Positions 1-10,500 of a stretch of DNA of 64,000 bases are shown here, piece by piece. Source of the DNA: Deltaproteobacteria bacterium (lineage in GTDB: Bacteria > Desulfobacterota > WTBG01 > JAGOGO01); assembly GCA_016935335.1 (NCBI GenBank), contig JAFGRE010000129.1, positions 3,403-67,402 of the forward strand. The letters run 5' to 3'. A program made the position numbers and the translations under genes. Every line of letters starts with the position of its first letter. Within the stretch, counting starts at the first letter, position 1. The notes under the pieces are model-generated. The model saw nothing but the letters and a program-made list of their open reading frames with translations, searched no databases and was not told the DNA's origin.

Positions 1-1349
1 ATCTGTCGATCAACATCACTTAACGTCTCTCTGCTGGCAACATATTGTTGGATCCTTATCAACGCTTCATGGAAGTTGGTACATTCATCAAACAAAGAAC
101 CAACCTCCTTGTTCTCAATCAGTTTTCGATCACGCAACAACCGCAGAATCTCACCCTTAAATCCCAAGCAAAATGGTTCGGACATTATCCCCCTGATGTC
201 CCCTTTCAAGATGCTCTCGTCCTTTCCTTCACTGGCATCCTCAAACTGGGTTATTTTTTCGTTCACGATGCGTCTGCTGGTGTCAAAATCATAGGTCCCT
301 GATCGCACGAAATCAGCAGTCATCCAATATTGCATTATCTTACGCGAATCCAAAGCACCTCTGGTCTTGTAAATAGCACTATAATGGGTCACCAACAAAT
401 AGGCGATGATTTCAGGCGTAAAGTTTTGGGCGATGACCTTGTAGGCATGGTCCCCTGGCAATGACGACAAAATGGACTCTATCCTCTGTTTAGGAAATAA
501 AAAATTATCCAACAGACTAAAAGGTACCATCCTCTCTAATTCTTCGAGACTGAGATTGGGCATTTTGTTCAGACTGCTGTAGGATAAGGGATCCCTCACA
601 AAGGTATCGATCTTTTCCATAAGATTTCCTATCATATGGATCGGACTTAATCTCGCTTCTCCCGGCCTTACAACCCAGCGCGAATGAAGATATGAGTAGA
701 GTTTTTCCGGCGTGAAGAGGTGTTCGAAGAGTTCCCAGTAGGATATTTTCCCGAAAATGATATGTTTGGAATCAGCGTGATAGTAGTAGCGAGAACAAAA
801 TTCTTGAATAAAAAGTGAAAAATCATTGAAATTGACATATTCTTTGTGGTTAGAAAATATATCCTTAGAAATTTGGTTCAGAAGGTATACGGTCAGTTCA
901 TATGCCCTCGCCTGTGCTTTTACTTGTGCCGGTGCTTTTGCATAGTATTGAGCCAAGGGCCTTGTGACATAGAGGTTGGCCATGTAGTCATGAAATATCA
1001 TAACATTGGAACGTATCGCTGTTCCGACCACAGAAACATTAGTAGCAAGTATATCCAATCTATCCGGATCGAGTTCAAACAGGTACATCCCGTAAGCAGG
1101 ATCCTCGATGCTAATTGAGATGGGCTCCATAACATCAATTATGAAAAACGACGATTCTTCAAAACCGAAATCACGCGCTGGCATTATCCTGATTCTGTTC
1201 TCTTTCCCGAAACGAATGATCCTCTGAAGTAGCGGTTGAATAAGATCCTCGGGAACATTCGGTTGCGCCGGCAATACTTTCCCGCCGGCTCGCAGAAGTA
1301 AGTCGCTTACGGAAAGAAAATCTTCCACACGTTTATTCATAATCATCAT
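1..1349 (-). CDS. Hypothetical protein, 3'-truncated by the window edge. Manual translation of the minus strand from ATG at 1349 down to position 1 gave about 450 codons without a stop. The ORF track omits it because it has no stop inside the window.
   Basis: Manual reverse-complement translation (MMIMNKRVEDFLSVSDLLLRAGGKVLPAQPNVPEDL...). A GGAAAGG Shine-Dalgarno-like sequence precedes the ATG. No family recognised. Confidence 0.5.
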   Translation of the reverse strand, partial: MMIMNKRVEDFLSVSDLLLRAGGKVLPAQPNVPEDLIQPLLQRIIRFGKENRIRIMPARDFGFEESSFFIIDVMEPISISIEDPAYGMYLFELDPDRLDILATNVSVVGTAIRSNVMIFHDYMANLYVTRPLAQYYAKAPAQVKAQARAYELTVYLLNQISKDIFSNHKEYVNFNDFSLFIQEFCSRYYYHADSKHIIFGKISYWELFEHLFTPEKLYSYLHSRWVVRPGEARLSPIHMIGNLMEKIDTFVRDPLSYSSLNKMPNLSLEELERMVPFSLLDNFLFPKQRIESILSSLPGDHAYKVIAQNFTPEIIAYLLVTHYSAIYKTRGALDSRKIMQYWMTADFVRSGTYDFDTSRRIVNEKITQFEDASEGKDESILKGDIRGIMSEPFCLGFKGEILRLLRDRKLIENKEVGSLFDECTNFHEALIRIQQYVASRETLSDVDRQ

Positions 1350-1588
1350 CCCTTTCCTTGCATCCCGATGATAAATACTCTTCTTATCCGAACTCGGTGC
1401 GATGGAAAATTATTAATTATATCACAATCATTCCCGTCACGATAGCAGAACTTCCCCTCCACTGTCGGCAGGTAACTCCATAGAAAAGAGACCACCCGCT
1501 CATCCACAAGAATAGAAACCGGCTTTCAACTCTGCTGGAATAGCACTGTTTCCCTCCTCACCGAATAATTTCACAGGTCCCGTAGAAA

Positions 1589-2275
1589 TTATTCAGGAAG
1601 GGACCAAGGAGCCAGGCGGGTTTCGTTTTGGAGAAGGTCCCCGAGGTGTTCCAAAAACTGCCTGCGAGGAATTTCATGGGCACCAAACCGAAGAAGGTGT
1701 TCTGTGGTCATCTGACAATCGATCATTCCAAAGCCCCATGTTTGCAGGAGTTCCGCCAAATAGACCAGGGCCGCCTTGGAGGCATTTGGCACAATATGAA
1801 ACATTGATTCGCCGAAAAAGCACTTTCCCAAGGAGACACCGTACAGCCCACCCACTAAGGTGCCCTCAAGCCACGTTTCCACCGAATGGGCTAACCCGGC
1901 TTCGTGGAGACGACAATACGCCTCTATCATATCCGAGACAATCCATGTCCCATTGCCACCCTTCCTCTCTACTTTTGCACATCCCCAAATCACAGATTCA
2001 AACTGTTTATCCACCGTAAGGGTGAAACCAACTCTCTTGAGAGCCTTTCTGAGGCTGACGGGAATCTTGAGATTTTGGGGCACCAAAATAAGTCGGGGAT
2101 CAGGAGACCACCATAAAATCGGTGAGTTTTCAGCGTACCACGGAAAAATACCGAGACGGTAGGCCAAAAGTAACCGTTCCACGCTCAGGTCACCTCCGAT
2201 CGCCAAAAGACCGTCTGGTTCTGCTTCCTCCGGAGGCGGAAAAATCAAATCATCAGAAAGAAGATAAACCGGCAT
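1589..2275 (-). CDS. aat: Leucyl/phenylalanyl-tRNA--protein transferase
   Basis: 228 aa; GIFPWY and WWSPDPR motifs; lies directly downstream of clpA as in the classical clpS-clpA-aat N-end rule cluster. Confidence 0.85.
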   Translation of the reverse strand: MPVYLLSDDLIFPPPEEAEPDGLLAIGGDLSVERLLLAYRLGIFPWYAENSPILWWSPDPRLILVPQNLKIPVSLRKALKRVGFTLTVDKQFESVIWGCAKVERKGGNGTWIVSDMIEAYCRLHEAGLAHSVETWLEGTLVGGLYGVSLGKCFFGESMFHIVPNASKAALVYLAELLQTWGFGMIDCQMTTEHLLRFGAHEIPRRQFLEHLGDLLQNETRLAPWSLPE

Positions 2276-2278
2276 ACA

Positions 2279-4534
2279 TCAGCCAAAGCGGAAGGTGAGC
2301 TTATCTTCGGGGCGATCAAGATCAACGGCTACTTTTCCCCCTTTAACCAGTTTTCCAAAAAGAATCTCTTCGGCTAGGAGGTCTTTAATTTCCGTTTGGA
2401 TAAATCGAGCCAGGGGTCGAGCACCATAAACGACATGGTATCCACGGAGAGACATCCATCGGCGGGCTTCTTCGGAGAGAGTAACAATGACCTTCTTATG
2501 GCCCAACTGAACGTTCATTTCGGCTATAAACTTATCCACTATTTTTTCCATAATGGAAAGGGACAAAGAGTGGAACGTTATAATGCCATCAAGGCGATTG
2601 CGAAATTCTGGACTGAACAGTTTTTCCACGGCTTTTTCACCTTTTTTCCCAGCATCGTCCGTTTCCGCTCCGCCGAATCCAATGGTTGCCGTGCTCATCT
2701 CCCTGGCACCCGCATTGGACGTCATGAGCAGTATTGCATGATTAAAATCAGCTTTTTTGCCGTTATTATCGGTAAGTGTCGCATGGTCCATAACCTGGAG
2801 AAGTATATTAAAAATATCCAAATGAGCTTTTTCGATTTCATCAAGCAACAATACGCTGTGAGGGTTCTTCCGAATGGCATCCGTCAGTAATCCTCCTTGT
2901 TCGAACCCCACATAACCGGGGGGTGAGCCAATAAGCCTGGCAACGGCATGTTTTTCCATATATTCGCTCATATCGAATCGCAAGAAATTGATGCCGAGCA
3001 CAAAAGCAAGTTGCCGTGCTACTTCTGTCTTGCCAACACCCGTAGGCCCGATAAACAGAAAGGAACCGATTGGTTTATGGGGTATGCTCAATCCCGCACG
3101 AGACCGTTTAATAGCGGTGACTAAATCTCTAATCGCTTCGTCCTGACCGAACACCCGCTGGCGCAGATTACTCTCTAAATCCTGCAACTGCAATCTGTCG
3201 GATGCGCTGACGCTCTTCAGCGGTATCTTGGCCATCCGGGCGATAACTCTCTCAATGTCTCCGGGAGTAATTTTTTTTCGTTTCCTCGGAGCGGATCGAA
3301 GCTTCAAAGCAGCACCCGCCTCATCAATGACGTCGATGGCCTTGTCGGGCAAATACCGATCGCTAATATGTTTGGCGGATAATTCCGCTGCCGCCTTAAG
3401 GGCGCCTGGTGTATACGTAACGCCGTGATGAGCCTCATATGATGATTTCAAGCCATGGAGAATCTCGATAGTTTCTGCAATAGATGGTTCAGAGATTTCA
3501 ATTTTTTGGAAGCGTCTCGAAAGAGCACGGTCCTTTTCAAAGTAATTTCTGTATTCTTCGTAGGTAGTTGATCCTATACAGCGCAGCTTACCCGAAGCAA
3601 AAACCGGCTTTAATATATTAGACGCATCCATAGAACCACCGCTGGTCGCCCCCGCCCCTACCAGTGTATGAATCTCATCTATTGCCAGTATGGCCCGTGG
3701 CTGTTTCCTTAACTCGAAAATCACGCCTTTGAGTCGTTCCTCGAAGTCACCTCGGTATTTTGAGCCCGCCAAAAGCGCCCCCATATCGAGGGCATAAATC
3801 TCCGTGTCCCTAAGGGAGGGAGGCACATCGCCTTCGACTATTTTGAGAGCAAGTCCTTCAACAATCGCTGTCTTCCCCACTCCTGGATCTCCAAGAAAAA
3901 GGGGATTATTTTTAACCCGCCGCCCAAGAACCTGCATCGTCCGCTCTAATTCCGTCGTGCGCCCGATGAGCGGGTCTATTTGCCCACTTCGCGCCTTTTC
4001 GATAAGGTTGACGGTAAAACGCTCCAAGGGGTTAAAAGGCTTTGGTCTTGACAAAGATCCCCTGCTTTGCACCTCAGAAGCCGCCGCTTCCCTATCCCCG
4101 GCTCTCCCTGATACACCATGAGAAATGTGATCCAGAATAGTCAGCCTGTTGATTCCCTGAAGCTTCAAGTAATAGACAGCAAAGGAATTTTCATCTTCAA
4201 ACATAGCCGCGAGTATATCACCAGCATCCACTTCCTTTTTCCCGGAGGTTTGAACATGAAATATGGCGCGTTGCAACACCCGCTGGAACCCAACCGTCTG
4301 GACGACTTCCTTACTGCTGGTTTCGCCAAGCGCTTCTACGTGAGTTAAAAAGAACTCCTCAAGCATTTTCTTGAGCTCGTCGATATCGGCACCACAATCA
4401 CAAAGAATCCGGCTCGTCTCTTCGTCATCTAAAATAGCATACAGAACATGTTCAACGGTAAGCATTTCATGTCTGCGGGTTTTGACTTCACGCACCGCTG
4501 ATGCAAAAATCTTTTCCAACTCTTTGCTGATCAC
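2279..4534 (-). CDS. clpA: ATP-dependent Clp protease ATP-binding subunit ClpA
   Basis: 751 aa; two AAA+ modules (GDPGVGKT... and GPTGVGKTE Walker A motifs); ClpA-type N-domain. Confidence 0.9.
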   Translation of the reverse strand: MISKELEKIFASAVREVKTRRHEMLTVEHVLYAILDDEETSRILCDCGADIDELKKMLEEFFLTHVEALGETSSKEVVQTVGFQRVLQRAIFHVQTSGKKEVDAGDILAAMFEDENSFAVYYLKLQGINRLTILDHISHGVSGRAGDREAAASEVQSRGSLSRPKPFNPLERFTVNLIEKARSGQIDPLIGRTTELERTMQVLGRRVKNNPLFLGDPGVGKTAIVEGLALKIVEGDVPPSLRDTEIYALDMGALLAGSKYRGDFEERLKGVIFELRKQPRAILAIDEIHTLVGAGATSGGSMDASNILKPVFASGKLRCIGSTTYEEYRNYFEKDRALSRRFQKIEISEPSIAETIEILHGLKSSYEAHHGVTYTPGALKAAAELSAKHISDRYLPDKAIDVIDEAGAALKLRSAPRKRKKITPGDIERVIARMAKIPLKSVSASDRLQLQDLESNLRQRVFGQDEAIRDLVTAIKRSRAGLSIPHKPIGSFLFIGPTGVGKTEVARQLAFVLGINFLRFDMSEYMEKHAVARLIGSPPGYVGFEQGGLLTDAIRKNPHSVLLLDEIEKAHLDIFNILLQVMDHATLTDNNGKKADFNHAILLMTSNAGAREMSTATIGFGGAETDDAGKKGEKAVEKLFSPEFRNRLDGIITFHSLSLSIMEKIVDKFIAEMNVQLGHKKVIVTLSEEARRWMSLRGYHVVYGARPLARFIQTEIKDLLAEEILFGKLVKGGKVAVDLDRPEDKLTFRFG

Positions 4535-4852
4535 TTAAACCCCTTCCATACTACATTTTAACGGAAAACCACTTTGTTTAGCCAAGGTACTTACCATATT
4601 GACTTTGGTTTCGGCGATTTCAGCTGTGTAGACGCCGCAAACGCCAATACCTTCTTTATGAATAGTCAACATTATCTGAAGCGCCTCAGCCGGGGGCTTA
4701 TTGAATACGTTCTCGAGTACCTGAACCACAAAATCCATTGCCGTATAATGATCATTATGCATGAGAACCCTAAGCCGCGGAGGTTCTTGGAACGTGTCCT
4801 CAATCCCTGATTCAACTTGTTCCTCTAACTTGGAACGCTCACTACCCATCAT
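4535..4852 (-). CDS. clpS: ATP-dependent Clp protease adaptor ClpS
   Basis: 105 aa; conserved ClpS core (LRVLMHNDHYTAMDFVVQVL); abuts clpA. Confidence 0.85.
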   Translation of the reverse strand: MMGSERSKLEEQVESGIEDTFQEPPRLRVLMHNDHYTAMDFVVQVLENVFNKPPAEALQIMLTIHKEGIGVCGVYTAEIAETKVNMVSTLAKQSGFPLKCSMEGV

Positions 4853-5132
4853 CGTCTCTCAATTCTTACACCGTTATCTCTTGGTCCTGGATAAAGACTA
4901 TCACCAATAATTTTATTACTATTATTATCGCAGTCAAGAGTCCAGATTGATAAAAGTTTTCTTTTCGATTCATCACCTCCTTTGCCCATCGTTCGGGAAG
5001 GGCTCGTGCCCCCATCAATACGCCTTCGGAAAAAACAGGCTTTTGTATGAATAGACGATTTTGACATTTAATATTATTATATGCTGCAAATCAAATAAAA
5101 CTGCAAACCGATACCCCCATAAGGAGAATAGG

Positions 5133-5450
5133 ATGGGACTATACCTGAAATTCCTGGGAATTTTCATCATGCTTTCAGGCCTACTATTGGGAGGACTGAC
5201 TGTATATCCGCTCCCGGGACATTCCGGCTTTGAACAAAAACTGGCTCCGTTAAACGAAAAATATGAGAAGATCGGGAAAGATTTAGATGCCATAATGAGC
5301 AACCAACTGGAAGAGCTCCTTATTTTTCGTGACGATAAATTTCAAAAAATAAAGGGCATAGCCCTGGTTATGAGCGGTATCATTGTTGGTTCACTTTTCC
5401 TGGGTTTGGGTGAGGTTATCAGACTCCTTAAAAAAATCTCCCGGCAGTAG
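5133..5450 (+). CDS. Small membrane protein of about 105 aa with two predicted transmembrane helices, hypothetical
   Basis: ORF 5061..5450; internal ATG at 5133 is preceded by AAGGAGA; hydrophobic N- and C-terminal segments. Confidence 0.45.
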   Translation: MGLYLKFLGIFIMLSGLLLGGLTVYPLPGHSGFEQKLAPLNEKYEKIGKDLDAIMSNQLEELLIFRDDKFQKIKGIALVMSGIIVGSLFLGLGEVIRLLKKISRQ

Positions 5451-6390
5451 TTCTTTTTCTGGCGGAGACCGGGCACTTCCCCTGCTCTTTGCAGCAAAGA
5501 AAGAAAATAGTGGTTACCGAATCGGCGTTAGAAACCATTGGAGGAGCTGCCGGTGCAATGCCATTTGAGGTGTGTCTCATCCGTGGTGAGGTGCCGGTGA
5601 GGAACGGTAAGGTGATCCGAAAGCCGATTTTCTCGGCGTATCCATACCGGTCCAATACTACTTGGTGAAAGGCATCCTCGATGCCCACCGGAAACGGAGA
5701 CTTCGTCCCTGAAGGTGGGACTCAAAATGTTCTAGATATTTTTAATCCCAAACGAGGTGCGAAAATGGTCTTTGGGGCTGGTGAAGCGTTTGCACTCCGG
5801 AATTCCCTTGCATCAGATGGCCACCAGTGGCTTTGACAACGGTGCTCCTTCGCGCATCGTGCCTGTGCCTTTCTTCTTCTACCACGATTTCGCTCCTCTC
5901 CGCATAAGGACCATCCTTTCCCGCCGCATCACCTATTTTCGTCTCCCGAGCATTTGCCCGTCCCCGGACAGCGGCAAAGCGCCCTCACACGCCGCAAGCA
6001 ATAATGTTGTGGTACTTAGCAAGTTATTTATTATACTGCCGCTGTCATCAAATACCGCAGGAATAGTCGACAATCAAGGAACGCGAGAAGCAATGCCGGC
6101 ATTTTTCCTAACGCTTACGAGCAACGCTGCTGAGAAAAAATGAAGGAGGAACTTGAGCGCTCGCACTTGCTCGGCCCTTTTAGAAATATATTTGTAATTA
6201 TTATAAAAGCTGTGTTAGAAAATTCCCTGACCCATTTTCCAGAATCAGACTCACCGTGTCAGCCATCGAGGCCGCTTGTTTGGATATATTTTCTCCGGAC
6301 TCTCGATCAAATTTGTTATATTGGAATGGTATCGCTCCCTTTCGACTTCTGGGTATTTTTGGATTTCTCAATAACGGTTAGGCGAGACTA

Positions 6391-7959
6391 ATGGGCATTC
6401 CGATCTTCCTTTCTATCGTCTCCGGTATCCTTCTTACGCTTGCATTTCCTATTTGCGACCTCTCCATCCTTGCCTGGGTCGGCCTCATCCCTCTCTTCAT
6501 CGCCGTTCAAGAAAAATCGGCTCCTGTTGCCTTTTTCCTCGGCTGGACGGCAGGTATCGTCCACTTCACGACCTTACTCCACTGGGTGACGGTCTCAATG
6601 ACACGGTACGGAAACGTCTCGGGACTAACGAGTTTTCTTCTGCTTATGCTCCTTGCGCTTTATCTGGGCGGCTACGTTGGCGCATTTGCCGGAATTTTGC
6701 GTTTTCTCCAAACCCGGTACCTTCGCGAGCCGATGATAATGGCTCCTATGATCTGGATCCTTTTGGAATATCTCCGCACCCACCTTTTCTCCGGATTTCC
6801 CTGGGGGCTTCTCGGATATTCCCAGTACAAAAACCTTACGATTATTCAAATCAGTGATATTACGGGGGTCTACGGCGTTAGCTTTATTATCCTCTTGGTG
6901 AATAGCGCCACCTACTTGATGATTAAATGGATGAAAAAGCGCTCAAACTCACTCCCTCTCACGTATGCGCTGGTAACGGTGTTTGTCATCTCAGCAGTAG
7001 GAGTATACGGAACAGCGCGTCAGAACATAGTCAAGAATGCGATGAGAAACAATCTCCGTCACACAGTCCATATAATACAAGGGAACATTGAGCAGGATCA
7101 AAAGTGGGATTATTCTTATCTCGGCGAAACGCTCCGCATTTATCGGGAGTTAACGGTACCTGCTGTTAAAGATCCAGCAGATCTTATTGTGTGGCCGGAG
7201 ACAGCACTTCCCTGCTATTTTATGCCTGATTTAGTCTACCGTCCCTTGGTCCAAAATATAGCTGACCTTGTTGAGACGCCCATCATTTTTGGAAGTTTAC
7301 GATATGAAAAACAAGGAACCGATGTAAATCATTGTGCTTATTTCAACAGTGCATATTTGGTCTCTCCTGACCTAGAAACCATTTCCTATTACGACAAAGT
7401 GCACTTGGTGCCGTTCGGAGAGTATATCCCCTGTAAGGCTTTAATGCCTTTTGTAAATAAGCTCACAGAAGGAATCGGAGATTTTTCCCCTGGCCAACGG
7501 CATACGGTGTTCCGGATTCCTCAGGCAACGTTTGGAGTGCTCATTTGTTATGAAGTTGTTTTCCCTGACCTCTCCCGCACCTATAGTCGATCTGGACTTG
7601 ATTTTCTTGTGAGTCTGACGAATGATGCCTGGTTTGGGCAAACCGGGGCTCCGGTTCAACATTTTTCGATGGGTGTATTGAGAGCCGTTGAAAATCGGAT
7701 CTCACTTGTTCGTGCGGCAAATACCGGTATATCGGGAATCATTGAGCCAACGGGACACATTCAAGCCAGGACACCTCTTTTTGTTCGTACGATTTTAAAG
7801 GGTATGGTCCCCCTTTATGGGCGAACAACATTTTATGCCCGATACGGAGATGTGCTTGTCGGCTTTTGTGGAATAGTCTTATTAATGGTAATAGGTTTCC
7901 CGTTCCTGGGAACAAAAATGAGCCACCCCACCATCCACCGTATTCGCTTGTGCCTGTGA
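6391..7959 (+). CDS. lnt: Apolipoprotein N-acyltransferase
   Basis: 522 aa; N-terminal polytopic membrane region followed by a CN-hydrolase domain (WPETALP, CYEVVFP catalytic Cys context). Confidence 0.85.
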   Translation: MGIPIFLSIVSGILLTLAFPICDLSILAWVGLIPLFIAVQEKSAPVAFFLGWTAGIVHFTTLLHWVTVSMTRYGNVSGLTSFLLLMLLALYLGGYVGAFAGILRFLQTRYLREPMIMAPMIWILLEYLRTHLFSGFPWGLLGYSQYKNLTIIQISDITGVYGVSFIILLVNSATYLMIKWMKKRSNSLPLTYALVTVFVISAVGVYGTARQNIVKNAMRNNLRHTVHIIQGNIEQDQKWDYSYLGETLRIYRELTVPAVKDPADLIVWPETALPCYFMPDLVYRPLVQNIADLVETPIIFGSLRYEKQGTDVNHCAYFNSAYLVSPDLETISYYDKVHLVPFGEYIPCKALMPFVNKLTEGIGDFSPGQRHTVFRIPQATFGVLICYEVVFPDLSRTYSRSGLDFLVSLTNDAWFGQTGAPVQHFSMGVLRAVENRISLVRAANTGISGIIEPTGHIQARTPLFVRTILKGMVPLYGRTTFYARYGDVLVGFCGIVLLMVIGFPFLGTKMSHPTIHRIRLCL

Positions 7960-7996
7960 AAAATACAAAAAAAGTCAACAATATTAAAAAAAAAGC

Positions 7997-8023
7997 TTGA
8001 CAAATTAAAAATAACTTTATATT
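7997..8023 (+). promoter_or_regulatory. Putative sigma70-type promoter upstream of pilM (TTGACA ... TATATT) in an AT-rich leader
   Basis: TTGACA at 7997-8002 and TATATT at 8018-8023 inside a 170 bp AT-rich intergenic region before pilM. The spacer is slightly short, so this is tentative. Confidence 0.3.
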
Positions 8024-8129
8024 TTTTGTACAACCTTATGTTTTTATTTGTCTATTCTATTGTTTTTTTTGCTTGTCGATTCGTAGAAAAGGGGCTAAAG
8101 AATAATCACTTTCGGGGAATAAACACCTC

Positions 8130-9188
8130 ATGTTATTCGGAAAACCAAAGGGAATTCTCGGGCTCGACATTGGCACCAGTACGATAAAAATGGTGGAATT
8201 GGAGGAATCCAAAAAGAAGGGCTATCAGCTCAAGAATTTTGGAATGTCTGTTCTTCCGAAAGAAACCATTGTAAACGGCGTTTTAAAGAACGCTTCTGCG
8301 CTGGTCAGCGCGATAACCAACCTTACCGACAACTTAAAAACAAAGACAAAGTCTGTGGCCACCGCGGTATCAGGCCATCCGGTTATTATTAAGAAAATTA
8401 ACATTCCCACCATGAGTGCAAAAGAGCTTTCCGAGTCTATTCAGTGGGAGGCGGAGCAATATATCCCCTTTGATCTGGAGGAGGTAAATATAGATTTTCA
8501 AATTCTCGGGGCCAATGAAGCAAATCCTGAACAGATGGATGTTCTTTTGGTAGCCGCAAAAAAATCACTCATAAATGAATATGCCGACGTAATAAGCGAA
8601 GCCGGTTTGGAGACGGCTATTGTCGACATTGATTCATTCGCCCTTGAAAATGCTTATGAAATCAACTATCCGGATGAGGAATCTCCGGTGGTAGCTCTTG
8701 TGGATTTGGGAGGAAGCGTAATCAACATAAATGTGCTAAAAGAGGGAAAAAGCACCTTTACTCGAGATGTTTTTATGGGGGGAAACAAACTTAGTGAAGA
8801 AATCCAAAAACAGATGGCCGTCAGCGAGGAAGAGGCGGAGATGCTCAAGCTCGGGGGAGAGCTTGAAAATATAGACTATGGGCGGCTCGACGGTATCATC
8901 CATGATATCTGCCTTCAACTTGCCGTTGAGGTCCAAAGGTCTTTAGACCTTCATGCCGCGTCCACCACTGAGGAGGAAGTCGGGAAAATTTATATCAGCG
9001 GAGGAACTTCACGAATCCGGGGCATAAGAGATCTGATCGCCGAACGGGTCGGCGTGCCGGTTGAGTATCTCGATGTTTTTAGGACTGTAAAATATGATGA
9101 AGCCCTTTTCGATTCGGAATATATCAAGGAAATCAATCCGGTTGCTGCCGTGGGCTTAGGGTTGGCCCTTCGAAAACTGGGGGATTAA
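8130..9188 (+). CDS. pilM: Type IV pilus assembly ATPase-like protein PilM
   Basis: 352 aa; actin-like fold motif LGLDIGTSTIKMVEL; first gene of the pilMNOPQ order. Confidence 0.9.
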   Translation: MLFGKPKGILGLDIGTSTIKMVELEESKKKGYQLKNFGMSVLPKETIVNGVLKNASALVSAITNLTDNLKTKTKSVATAVSGHPVIIKKINIPTMSAKELSESIQWEAEQYIPFDLEEVNIDFQILGANEANPEQMDVLLVAAKKSLINEYADVISEAGLETAIVDIDSFALENAYEINYPDEESPVVALVDLGGSVININVLKEGKSTFTRDVFMGGNKLSEEIQKQMAVSEEEAEMLKLGGELENIDYGRLDGIIHDICLQLAVEVQRSLDLHAASTTEEEVGKIYISGGTSRIRGIRDLIAERVGVPVEYLDVFRTVKYDEALFDSEYIKEINPVAAVGLGLALRKLGD

Positions 9189-9824
9189 ATGATAGAAATT
9201 AACCTTCTTCCGAGAAAAGAACTCCTTGAACAAAAGAAAAGAAGGACCCTTATTGGAGAAGGAGTGATAGCCCTCATTTCCGTAGTCGTGGTCTTAATGA
9301 TTTTATTTTCTTGGGCAGCGCACGTTAAGGGGAAAGTGGAAAATCGCAATAAAGAAATTGTAAAACTGCAAGCTGAACTTGATAAATTAAAAGAAAATGA
9401 GAAAAAAATCGAGCAATTAAGAGAAGGCGAAGCGATTGTCCAAAGGAAGATCGATGTAATCAAGAAATTAGAGCAAAAAAAGATCGGCCCGGTGAGGGTG
9501 TTAGATGAAATTGCCTTGAGGATCCCCCAGAAAATGTGGTTGACAGCCCTCAAAAACCAACAGGCTTTGCTTTCGCTTGAAGGAGTAGCCATCGACAACG
9601 AGACCATCGCGCTGTTTATGACGAACTTAGAGAATTCCGACCAATTTGAAAATGTTGAACTTAAGGTTGCACAGGAGACAAAAGTAGAGGATTTTGCACT
9701 CAAGAAATTTTCTCTTTCATGCACCGCCAGGGTCATGAAAGAAGTGAAAGAAGAAAAGGAAAAGCCGCCCGAAAAACCTGCGGCCGCAGAAAAAAGCAAG
9801 CGAAAAGCGAAGAAAAAAAATTAA
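9189..9824 (+). CDS. pilN: Type IV pilus inner-membrane component PilN
   Basis: 211 aa; single N-terminal transmembrane helix, coiled-coil region, Lys-rich tail; position in operon. Confidence 0.8.
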   Translation: MIEINLLPRKELLEQKKRRTLIGEGVIALISVVVVLMILFSWAAHVKGKVENRNKEIVKLQAELDKLKENEKKIEQLREGEAIVQRKIDVIKKLEQKKIGPVRVLDEIALRIPQKMWLTALKNQQALLSLEGVAIDNETIALFMTNLENSDQFENVELKVAQETKVEDFALKKFSLSCTARVMKEVKEEKEKPPEKPAAAEKSKRKAKKKN

Positions 9825-9838
9825 GGTGAGAGGCAATT

Positions 9839-10477
9839 GTGACACTCAATCTTGATAGCATATTGAACCTTTCGACCCCTAAGAAGCTGGCAATTTTGGG
9901 CCTTTTTCTTGTGCTCGTCTGTGGACTTGTTCTATGGAAGGCAATACTCCCAGGATATGAAGATCTGGAGGAAAAATATGCCGAATATAATAAATTAAAA
10001 GTCGAATATGATGAAAAAAAGCAAGTCGCGCAAGATCCGGCTACCTTTGAAGCCAAACTCAAAAAGGTTCAGCACGAACTCGAATTGATGAAGTCTCAGC
10101 TTCCTGACAAGAAGGAAATACCCAATCTATTAAAGACTATCTCCTCACTGGGAAAAGAGTCAGGGCTTCAATTCCAGATGTTTCGCCCCATCGCGGAGGT
10201 CTCAAAAGACTTTTACGCTGAGATCCCGGTGGAGATACGAGTCGAAGGGGGTTACCACGAGGTCGCCGACTTTTTTTATAAAGTCGGCATGCTTGATCGA
10301 ATTGTAAATATTGGCAAGGTGGATATGGGAAAGGCCACAGAAGAAAACGAAAAGATTAAACTGACAACTTCGTGTCTGGCTACCACCTTCAGGTTTATCG
10401 AAGCGCCCCCTCCTGAAACGGCAACGGCCAAGCAAGGCAAAGAAGACGCAAAAACCAAGAAGCGAAGAAAAAAATAA
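9839..10477 (+). CDS. pilO: Type IV pilus inner-membrane component PilO
   Basis: 212 aa; one transmembrane helix, coiled coil, PilO-like C-terminal domain; position in operon. Confidence 0.75.
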   Translation: MTLNLDSILNLSTPKKLAILGLFLVLVCGLVLWKAILPGYEDLEEKYAEYNKLKVEYDEKKQVAQDPATFEAKLKKVQHELELMKSQLPDKKEIPNLLKTISSLGKESGLQFQMFRPIAEVSKDFYAEIPVEIRVEGGYHEVADFFYKVGMLDRIVNIGKVDMGKATEENEKIKLTTSCLATTFRFIEAPPPETATAKQGKEDAKTKKRRKK

Positions 10478-10500
10478 CTGCCAAGAAAGACTAGTCGCTG

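Noticed and set aside
45-1118. Plus-strand ORFs 45..302, 76..294 and 846..1118
   Set aside because: They lie antisense to a long uninterrupted minus-strand reading frame (1..1349) and have no motifs; likely spurious.
6453-6857. 134 aa Arg/Pro-rich ORF overlapping lnt in another frame
   Set aside because: It is the alternative frame of a GC-rich membrane-protein gene and has typical shadow-ORF composition.
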